From: a virus
Length of the DNA stretch: 64,000 bases
Reading direction: 5' to 3' (one strand)
IMG/VR virus record: IMGVR_UViG_3300020430_000007
Shown here in pieces: positions 57,486 through 64,000 of the stretch. The stretch's first letter is position 1. The number at the start of each line of letters is the position of its first letter. The translations under genes were made by a program, and so were the position numbers. The notes under the pieces are model-generated. The model saw only the letters and a program-made list of their open reading frames with translations, ran no database searches and was not told the DNA's origin.

Positions 57486-58300
57486 TTGACGTTAGATTTA
57501 CACCAGAATGTAAAGAACTTCATGAACTATTGACCGATAATTGTTTTGAGTTTGAGTCCTCTGATGATATTGTTAGTTCATTAGAAGAACATTATAACAT
57601 CAAGATTGAAAGTCTAGCATGGTGTAATGTGATCGACCAGATTGATAGTGATGGTAAAGTAACTGTCACATTGAATAACCAATGTGTTATAATACCTGCT
57701 ATAATGAATACAAGATTAGTTGGGATACCACCTAATTTTAGATATGATCCTAAAAGAAAACTTATTGGAGGTTTCAACATGATATTGGCAGAGTGGATAC
57801 ACAATTATAAATGCCATGATGATGCTGTAAATAATAGAGATATTGATCCCTATAACGGCTCACCATTTCAAATCTACAAAGATATGAGCAGTAAACGTAA
57901 GGGTAAGTTTTTTGAAATGATAGTTGCTGAGTATTGTGAAAATTTAGGATGTCTTGTAGAAAGAGCAACAAACTCTGAACATGATAGAATAATAAGTAAG
58001 CAGAAAGCAGAAATCAAGGGATCAACTTTATGGGAAGGTCACGATGAGTTGTTTAGATGGCAACAAATACGACCAAATCAAGATTATGACATTATGATAT
58101 TTCTTGCAATGTATCCTGATAGAGTTGATCTTTTTGCAAGTAAAAAGAAAGATGTAGTTGACTACGTTACAAAACAAGATGAGGATGGTAACTTTATCCA
58201 TAATCAACATGGTGGAAAGAGCGTTGATAGTGGTACATATTTCATACAAGGTAAACCATCTGATTTTCCATTTTTTAGACCCATACAAAGCGTAATATGA
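57470..58300 (+). CDS. PD-(D/E)XK restriction-endonuclease-like protein (likely internal start 57779), in frame with an upstream mini-gene
   Basis: KGKFFE...HDRII..AEIKGS, WQQIRP.QDYD; GGAGG RBS at 57767-57771; adjacent to two MTases. Confidence 0.65.
   Translation: MLYQLIDVRFTPECKELHELLTDNCFEFESSDDIVSSLEEHYNIKIESLAWCNVIDQIDSDGKVTVTLNNQCVIIPAIMNTRLVGIPPNFRYDPKRKLIGGFNMILAEWIHNYKCHDDAVNNRDIDPYNGSPFQIYKDMSSKRKGKFFEMIVAEYCENLGCLVERATNSEHDRIISKQKAEIKGSTLWEGHDELFRWQQIRPNQDYDIMIFLAMYPDRVDLFASKKKDVVDYVTKQDEDGNFIHNQHGGKSVDSGTYFIQGKPSDFPFFRPIQSVI
57650..57705 (+). promoter_or_regulatory. early promoter element, copy 3 (inside ORF)
   Basis: GATGGT-aaagt-AACTGTCAC-30nt-TATAAT. Confidence 0.65.
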
Positions 58301-59091
58301 AACTCAATGAAATACAGGAAAGAGATTGTATCGAGTATTTGAACACACTTGATGACAACTCAGTTGATCTTATCATTACTGATCCACCGTACAACATATC
58401 ATTTGATGGTGGCAAGGGATGGGATTCACAATGGAAAACTGAAGAGGATTATCTAAAATGGTGTGATACATGGACTACAGAGTTGGTACGTGTGCTAAAA
58501 CCTAATCGCATGATGATAGTGTGGGGTACTCTCAAAACAGATACATTTCTAAAATATAAACTATTGTTGAGTTCATATAATCAATTAGTATCACAAAATG
58601 AGATAGTGTGGAGTTATAATTGGGGTGGACGCACTAAGGATAATTTTGCACGTAAACATGAATATGCATGGTGTTATTCAAAAGGTGATAAGTTTCTATT
58701 CAATCGTGATGATGTAAGAGTTGAGCGTAAAGTGAAAAGAAATCTAAGAACTGGTGAGAATTATAGTCAGGGAACTATACCTACATGTGTATGGGAAAAG
58801 AATAATCATACAGCAAGTAAGGAACACTGCGGGTGGCACCCTACAACCAAAAACTTAGATGTGATATCAAGAATGGTAAGAGCATATTCAAACGAGGGTG
58901 ATACTGTTTTAGATATATTCATGGGTAGTGGATCAACTGCTATTGCATCTATGATGAATAAACGTAATTATGTTGGATGTGAACTTGATCCTAATTATAA
59001 TGAATTGATGAAAGAAAGAATATCATCTTATGCCACTAATACTATTGGCACAATACAACAACCAAATCCCATATTATCTACTATTGCATGA
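58297..59091 (+). CDS. beta-class DNA amino-methyltransferase (DPPY, probably m6A)
   Basis: TDPPY, HPTTK, DIFMGSGST, GCE. Confidence 0.92.
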   Translation: MKLNEIQERDCIEYLNTLDDNSVDLIITDPPYNISFDGGKGWDSQWKTEEDYLKWCDTWTTELVRVLKPNRMMIVWGTLKTDTFLKYKLLLSSYNQLVSQNEIVWSYNWGGRTKDNFARKHEYAWCYSKGDKFLFNRDDVRVERKVKRNLRTGENYSQGTIPTCVWEKNNHTASKEHCGWHPTTKNLDVISRMVRAYSNEGDTVLDIFMGSGSTAIASMMNKRNYVGCELDPNYNELMKERISSYATNTIGTIQQPNPILSTIA

Positions 59092-59957
59092 TGAAAGACA
59101 CAATCTTATATGGAGACTGTCGTGATACACTCAATAATGTAATAAATTCGTCAGTGCAGATGTGTGTTACATCCCCCCCTTATTATGGTCTTAGAGACTA
59201 TGGTGGTGAGGATTCACAAATTGGACAAGAGCAAACACCTGAGGAGTATATCAAACAATTAGTTGACTTGTTTAGTGTAGTAAGAGACAAACTAAAAGAT
59301 GATGGTGTATTATGGGTGAATATTGGTGATAGTTATTATAACTATAGGAGTGGTAAAGGTCAAGCATTACCAAAACAAACAGTGAGCAAAACTAATCAAG
59401 ACTTACCCACTAAATGCAATCGTAGAGCAAATAAACTAAAAGGATATAAAGAAAAAGATTTGATGGGCATACCATGGATGTTAGCATTTGCACTACGTGC
59501 AGATGGATGGTATCTTCGTCAGGATATCATATGGCACAAACCTAATCCAATGCCTGAGTCAGTGCGTGATAGATGTACAAAATCACATGAATATATTTTC
59601 CTATTGAGTAAGAATAGAAATTATTATTTTGATGTTGATGCCATCAAAGAACCAACAAGAAGAAAGAGGAGTGTGTGGAATGTGACAAAGAGACCATATA
59701 AGGGTGCACATTTTGCAGTATTCCCACCTGATTTGATTGAACCATGTATATTGGCAGGCAGTGACAAGGGTGATATCATATTAGATCCGTTTATGGGTAG
59801 TGGTACAACTGCACTGGTAGCAAAATCCTTAGAAAGACATTTTATTGGATGCGAATTGCATCAACAATATGATAACCTAATAAAAGAGAGATTGAGCAAT
59901 GTGACAATCAAGAAACCTGCACAGTCTACACCAAATCCATTAGAACTACTGCTATAA
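59088..59957 (+). CDS. beta-class N4-cytosine methyltransferase (M.SmaI/Cfr9I-like)
   Basis: TSPPYYGLRDY, GIPWMLAFAL..DGWYLRQDIIWHKPNPMPES, HFAVFP, DPFMGSGTT. Confidence 0.92.
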   Translation: MMKDTILYGDCRDTLNNVINSSVQMCVTSPPYYGLRDYGGEDSQIGQEQTPEEYIKQLVDLFSVVRDKLKDDGVLWVNIGDSYYNYRSGKGQALPKQTVSKTNQDLPTKCNRRANKLKGYKEKDLMGIPWMLAFALRADGWYLRQDIIWHKPNPMPESVRDRCTKSHEYIFLLSKNRNYYFDVDAIKEPTRRKRSVWNVTKRPYKGAHFAVFPPDLIEPCILAGSDKGDIILDPFMGSGTTALVAKSLERHFIGCELHQQYDNLIKERLSNVTIKKPAQSTPNPLELLL

Positions 59958-59958
59958 T
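59901..59958 (+). promoter_or_regulatory. early promoter element, copy 4
   Basis: GTGACAAT-caaga-AACCTGCAC-30nt-TATAAT. Confidence 0.65.
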
Positions 59959-59980
59959 ATTATTGTAAACAAAAAAACCA

Positions 59981-60130
59981 ATGAGTTCAGTTCAAACAGT
60001 TACTACCAAACATCACACTATACTGATTGATCGTGATGATTATCGTCAAATCAAAAATGAGTGTAAAAGACTTGATGTAACTATTGACTATTACTTTTTT
60101 GAGTTTCAATTCTATCAGGATGAAAACTAA
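59981..60130 (+). CDS. small hypothetical protein (49 aa)
   Basis: MSSVQTV...VTIDYYFFEF; hand translated. Confidence 0.6.
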   Translation: MSSVQTVTTKHHTILIDRDDYRQIKNECKRLDVTIDYYFFEFQFYQDEN

Positions 60131-60267
60131 TGAGAAAATATACAGTCTCAGCACTTGTAGAGGGTTATCGTATTGAGGATCAAATCGTTGCAGTCTCAAT
60201 ACATCAAGCAATCAAACTCATGCAAGCAAAATACAGCAACGCAAGCAACATTTACTGTCTACACTAA
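60130..60267 (+). CDS. small hypothetical protein (45 aa)
   Basis: MRKYTVSALVEGYRI...; TAATG coupling. Confidence 0.55.
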   Translation: MRKYTVSALVEGYRIEDQIVAVSIHQAIKLMQAKYSNASNIYCLH

Positions 60268-60272
60268 TTATT

Positions 60273-60410
60273 ATGAACATTCCAACATATGACTTTCCAC
60301 AGTCACCAATTTTGATTATTGGATTCTTCGGAATCTTTACAGCACTACTCGTGTTATACATTGCAAACAGGGATTATTTTTCTAGTCCATACAATCAAGA
60401 TAAGAGGTAA
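60273..60410 (+). CDS. small membrane protein (45 aa)
   Basis: MNIPTYDFPQSPILIIGFFGIFTALLVLYIANR. Confidence 0.55.
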   Translation: MNIPTYDFPQSPILIIGFFGIFTALLVLYIANRDYFSSPYNQDKR

Positions 60411-60411
60411 T

Positions 60412-60603
60412 ATGAAATACAATGTCACTTACGTTGAGTTTGACTTTGATGATGAAGTTATCTCAAAAGATGAAAGAATCGAAATCACTAATGACCACAT
60501 AGGTGTGTGGGATGCTATTGATGAAGATGACCTAATCGATGAAATTACAACCTCTTCAAATTGGTGCGTCAAAAATATTGATTATGTGTACCAGTTGAAA
60601 TAG
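60412..60603 (+). CDS. small hypothetical protein
   Basis: MKYNVTYVEFDF...DEDDLIDEIT...WCVK; GAGG RBS. Confidence 0.65.
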   Translation: MKYNVTYVEFDFDDEVISKDERIEITNDHIGVWDAIDEDDLIDEITTSSNWCVKNIDYVYQLK

Positions 60604-60645
60604 TGTCACATACACCCTAGCATTTTGTTTTGTACCGATTATAAT
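60588..60645 (+). promoter_or_regulatory. early promoter element, copy 5
   Basis: GTACCAGTT-gaaa-TAGTGTCAC-30nt-TATAAT. Confidence 0.75.
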
Positions 60646-60669
60646 AGGTACATAACAAACAAACACATT

Positions 60670-60918
60670 ATGCCAAACTTCTCAGATTTTCTAGACTACG
60701 TTTATATGTTCTACAATGACAACGATGGTCTATATCCCATTTCAAAACTCACAAAGGCAGAAATTGCACTTGCTACTCTTCGTTATCTTGATGAGATCAA
60801 TGAAAAAGATGATGACAATTTCACATGGGGTTATGGTGACACTATTGACAGAGAGCGTGTAAGAAATCACATTGTTATGAATCGTGAATCAGTCAAATCA
60901 CTAAACTGGAGTAAGTAA
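60670..60918 (+). CDS. hypothetical protein
   Basis: FLDYVYMFY..GLYP..DTIDRERVR. Confidence 0.7.
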   Translation: MPNFSDFLDYVYMFYNDNDGLYPISKLTKAEIALATLRYLDEINEKDDDNFTWGYGDTIDRERVRNHIVMNRESVKSLNWSK

Positions 60919-61073
60919 TGTTTGCAATATTCACTTCGCCCATCAAATTCTCAAAGTCATACAAAAATGCTTGTAAAATTGCAGATGACTATTACAACAA
61001 AACTGGTCAAGTTGTAGCAGTTGAGAGCATAAGCAAATCTAGTGTATGGCATTTACCCTCTTTAGCATCATGA
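60918..61073 (+). CDS. small hypothetical protein (51 aa)
   Basis: MFAIFTSPIKF...; hand translated, coupled at both ends. Confidence 0.5.
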   Translation: MFAIFTSPIKFSKSYKNACKIADDYYNKTGQVVAVESISKSSVWHLPSLAS

Positions 61074-61255
61074 ACAAAACTCAAAACGATCAATGCATCA
61101 ACTTTATGAGTTTAGCATTACAATACTTTTGTGAAGCAAATTCGTTACCATTTATGTCAGCAGATGATCTATTATATGGTCAGATAGTGACAACAACTAA
61201 ACAAAAGTTATGGTTACATAGTTATATGCAACTTTGGCAATCGTTAGACATATAA
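61070..61255 (+). CDS. small hypothetical protein
   Basis: LPFMSADDLL..QKLWL. Confidence 0.6.
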   Translation: MNKTQNDQCINFMSLALQYFCEANSLPFMSADDLLYGQIVTTTKQKLWLHSYMQLWQSLDI

Positions 61256-61305
61256 TAACATTATCTTGCAATTATTCTTTTATTCTTCACATTATTCGTT
61301 CTATT

Positions 61306-61461
61306 ATGTCCTCTAAAAAGTATCAACAATTACAGATCAATTTGACCGCAGTAAGTGATAAGCAAAGAGAGGCTAAACGCCATGAATTGTTGTCACTTAG
61401 TGAGCATAATTTAGTGAATAAACATCATAATAAACCATGGAGGACAATCAACAACTATTAG
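61306..61461 (+). CDS. small hypothetical protein
   Basis: MSSKKYQQLQI...KPWRTINNY. Confidence 0.5.
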   Translation: MSSKKYQQLQINLTAVSDKQREAKRHELLSLSEHNLVNKHHNKPWRTINNY

Positions 61462-61462
61462 T

Positions 61463-61519
61463 GTGACAGTAAACAAACTGTCCACATTTTCCCTATTCCT
61501 GATAATTGTTGACTATAAT
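61463..61519 (+). promoter_or_regulatory. early promoter element, copy 6
   Basis: GTGACAGT-aaaca-AACTGTCCA-29nt-TATAAT. Confidence 0.75.
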
Positions 61520-61599
61520 AAAGACATAACAAGGATGCTAACATTCACAAGTGCTTAGGGATACCATCCTTGTTATACAAGTTTTTTATCGTGTTTATT

Positions 61600-61818
61600 A
61601 TGATCCACTCATTACATTTTGGAAGAGCATTTTGGTTGAATCTTGATAATGAGCTCATGTCCGCACCATGGTTGAAAACTGGTGAGGTTTTAGACGGAAC
61701 TTATGGAACTGATGACCAATCTGACTACGTTTGTGAGTGGACTGATTTTGAAGGGGTTGATATAGCATTATTACTCAAAATTCACAAAGATTTATTACTT
61801 GCTGAGACAGTTCAATAA
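61600..61818 (+). CDS. hypothetical protein
   Basis: MIHSLHFGRAFWL... Confidence 0.6.
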   Translation: MIHSLHFGRAFWLNLDNELMSAPWLKTGEVLDGTYGTDDQSDYVCEWTDFEGVDIALLLKIHKDLLLAETVQ

Positions 61819-61861
61819 CTGTCACAGCATTGCCCCATAACTCTACAAGGGGCATTATAAT
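61804..61861 (+). promoter_or_regulatory. early promoter element, copy 7
   Basis: GAGACAGTT-caat-AACTGTCAC-30nt-TATAAT. Confidence 0.8.
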
Positions 61862-61883
61862 AAGAACATATACAGAAAAACTC

Positions 61884-62072
61884 ATGAACATTGCAACATC
61901 AAAATTTTTATATAGAATCTCAACACCTAATAAAATTGTAGGTGATGACATTTTTACAAATGATCTAAACTCAGCAACTCTATTTTGTTTAGAATGTGCT
62001 AGAGATTATGGATCTGCAGCAGTTTACAATCATCAGACAGGCAAACTCATACAGACTATAGGACAGTCATAG
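61884..62072 (+). CDS. hypothetical protein
   Basis: ATG 61884 after promoter element. Confidence 0.6.
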   Translation: MNIATSKFLYRISTPNKIVGDDIFTNDLNSATLFCLECARDYGSAAVYNHQTGKLIQTIGQS

Positions 62073-62117
62073 AACTGTCACAGTGACACGTGCAATATTA
62101 TCTCAATGCACTATAAT
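62061..62117 (+). promoter_or_regulatory. early promoter element, copy 8
   Basis: GGACAGT-catag-AACTGTCAC-30nt-TATAAT. Confidence 0.8.
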
Positions 62118-62143
62118 AAAATCATAACAGAAATTTACAAACT

Positions 62144-62326
62144 ATGTCAACATTACACCACGAATCACTCTTAGAAACATGCTACGATGAAGCATGGGAA
62201 GAATACAGAAAAGAGCACAATCTCACCTCAGATCAACTATATGCATTAGAGCAAAATTCAGAGCATGGTTATTTACCAGTCATCGCTGACAATGCTAGGA
62301 AAAAATTTGATGATTTATGCATGTAG
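62144..62326 (+). CDS. hypothetical protein
   Basis: MSTLHHESLLETCYDEAWE. Confidence 0.7.
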   Translation: MSTLHHESLLETCYDEAWEEYRKEHNLTSDQLYALEQNSEHGYLPVIADNARKKFDDLCM

Positions 62327-62327
62327 T

Positions 62328-62383
62328 GGACAGTTCACAAACTGTCTATTTTTTTACACATGCTCTATAATAGGCATTATAAT
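62328..62383 (+). promoter_or_regulatory. early promoter element, copy 9
   Basis: GGACAGTT-caca-AACTGTCTA-29nt-TATAAT. Confidence 0.8.
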
Positions 62384-62414
62384 AAGTACATAACAAACAA
62401 ACAATCCTTTCTAC

Positions 62415-62699
62415 ATGACAATCACAGAATACAAACAACTCATCAAAAATGATACTCTTATGATAGGTCTTGACGTATCTGAAGAGAAAACAAACAAAAT
62501 CATCAACAGAATACTAGAGGTTGATAATTTTCAAAACGTCGCATGCTATTGTGCAGACTTCTCAGAATTTGTAGAAGAGTTAGCAGAATGGGGAGTTGAC
62601 GGATGTGCAAAAGTTTACTTCGATGACCCAGATTTGAATATTGCTAAACTTGATGCATTTATCAAGGCAGAAAACGGTTACATCAGAGAGGGCAAATAA
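62415..62699 (+). CDS. hypothetical protein
   Basis: 94 aa ORF after promoter. Confidence 0.7.
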   Translation: MTITEYKQLIKNDTLMIGLDVSEEKTNKIINRILEVDNFQNVACYCADFSEFVEELAEWGVDGCAKVYFDDPDLNIAKLDAFIKAENGYIREGK

Positions 62700-62700
62700 T

Positions 62701-62979
62701 ATGCAATTACAATCTAAAACCTCAAAAGATGTACCATCACCAGTAACAGTAGATTATTATCAAATCAAGGGAACCGATCAAGTAAGATTGAGAGTAATTA
62801 CATTACTAGGCAAAACTCTCAATAAGACTTGCATCGAAGTACATGATATGGCAAGAGAGATTGATAATTTATTATTACATGAATTTGCAGTAACTGTCAA
62901 TACCAACCGACCTAGACAGATTGTGCCAGTCAAAGAAGTGGCACAATGTCTCACACATTACCATGCTCAGGCATTATAA
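62701..62979 (+). CDS. hypothetical protein
   Basis: MQLQSK...VDYY; GAGGG RBS. Confidence 0.6.
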   Translation: MQLQSKTSKDVPSPVTVDYYQIKGTDQVRLRVITLLGKTLNKTCIEVHDMAREIDNLLLHEFAVTVNTNRPRQIVPVKEVAQCLTHYHAQAL

Positions 62980-62980
62980 T
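62923..62980 (+). promoter_or_regulatory. early promoter element, copy 10
   Basis: GTGCCAGT-caaag-AAGTGGCAC-30nt-TATAAT. Confidence 0.8.
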
Positions 62981-63013
62981 AAGTACATAACAAACAAACA
63001 ATCCTTTCTACAT
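62969..63013 (+). repeat. 45-bp exact direct repeat of 62372-62416 (promoter -10 plus leader)
   Basis: AGGCATTATAATAAGTACATAACAAACAAACAATCCTTTCTACAT twice. Confidence 0.9.
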
Positions 63014-63014
63014 C

Positions 63015-63359
63015 ATGCGTAAAATCGAATCACAAATGAACAATGCAATCAAAAACAAAATTGCATGGTCTAAAGACAACACACTCACCACTTTTGACAA
63101 TACTCTTGAAAATTGCTTTGTTTACCTACATGGAAATCATATTGCAACTTACAATTATGAATCTCAAGAGTTATCCTTATTCGATGGCGGATGGCAGTCC
63201 AATACAACTAAATCTAGACTCAACGCACTTTGCTATGAGTTTGCAACTGGTTTTTCAGTATTTCAAAAAAACTGGAATTGGTTTGTAAGTGACTTTCAAG
63301 CAAAAACAATCAAGAATTTCACTGACGGCATTACAGTAAATTACAACGGATGTTTCTAA
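63015..63359 (+). CDS. conserved phage hypothetical protein
   Basis: MRKIESQMN, VYLHGNHIA, DGGWQSNTTKSRLNAL, VFQKNWNWF. Confidence 0.8.
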   Translation: MRKIESQMNNAIKNKIAWSKDNTLTTFDNTLENCFVYLHGNHIATYNYESQELSLFDGGWQSNTTKSRLNALCYEFATGFSVFQKNWNWFVSDFQAKTIKNFTDGITVNYNGCF

Positions 63360-63399
63360 TAACATCCTCTACAAATCACTCTACTAAGTAACAACTATC

Positions 63400-63573
63400 A
63401 TGAACAATTTCTACTCTTTTTCTTATCAACAATCAGACGATGATTATCAAGCAGATTTTAACTATAATTGTACACAATTTGTTGATGAAGATGATATTTT
63501 TTCTACTATAGATGCACCGTCTATATATGAAACAATAGACAAAGAAACACAGTCAATTCTTAACACTTTCTAG
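63400..63573 (+). CDS. small acidic hypothetical protein (57 aa)
   Basis: MNNFYSFSYQQSDDDY...; hand translated. Confidence 0.45.
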   Translation: MNNFYSFSYQQSDDDYQADFNYNCTQFVDEDDIFSTIDAPSIYETIDKETQSILNTF

Positions 63574-64000
63574 GTAACACGCATGAGACCCGCACTAACA
63601 ACAACTCAACCAAATTACACACGTAAAAGTATTACAAATACTAGTGTTATTCTCCCTGATAATGTATATAAATCGTTATTCAAAATGCATCCATCTGATG
63701 CTTACATATTCGGTATAGATTGTGAACCGCAAAATGTTATAAATGTATAAAAAAACATATGTTTGTTTTATATAAACTTTGTAAATGTTCTCACTAATTG
63801 TTACCTTAGCGAGCAACATAACAAAAGTCAAGTATAAGAATTGTGGAGTGACTTCGCCACTATCTAACACAAAAGACAGTCAATTTGTCCCTTATTCTTT
63901 ATAACAATTATGAGCAAATTGCAGGCACTATCTGAACTCGAAGCAGCAAGTACTTCAAGGACAGTTAGACACATTTTATACAAATATTACAGAGGTAACT

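Noticed and set aside
51443-62980. Repeated palindromic elements as a CRISPR array or integron attC sites
   Set aside because: Spacing is gene-sized and irregular, copies are degenerate and tied to TATAAT; no cas gene or integrase in the window.

Overview
64 kb segment of an AT-rich T4-like cyanophage genome (cyanomyovirus/Kyanoviridae type; a Prochlorococcus/Synechococcus host is inferred from cp12, phoH, DUF4278, glnA and manA RNAs). Layout: (1) 1-15.2 kb nucleotide metabolism/replication block (glutaredoxin, thyX, speD, denV, phoH, exonuclease, gp33, gp59, gp32) interleaved with accessory enzymes (split carbamoyltransferase, radical SAM, sulfotransferase-like); (2) 15.3-30 kb baseplate/tail block (gp53, gp48, gp2, gp4, gp54-like, gp26, gp51, gp5, cp12); (3) 30-44 kb large virion/tail-fibre genes under T4 late promoters; (4) 44-51 kb sugar-modification island (KdsB-like, SIS isomerase, HAD phosphatase, five diverged paralogues); (5) 51-64 kb early region (vWA/HEXXH protein + MoxR/CobS ATPase, candidate ncRNA, radical SAM, a PD-(D/E)XK nuclease with two DNA methyltransferases, many small ORFs behind 10 copies of a palindrome + TATAAT promoter element). 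Most striking observation: by manual reading, TTAA (about 6-9 per kb in two sampled stretches elsewhere) occurs only once in the 14 kb from 49422 to 63457, which contains the early genes and the nuclease/methyltransferase cassette, whereas GGCC and CCGG look avoided window-wide. This suggests a phage-encoded restriction-modification system paired with a locally site-free genome domain. All counts are by eye and all family calls are from motif recognition, not database searches.
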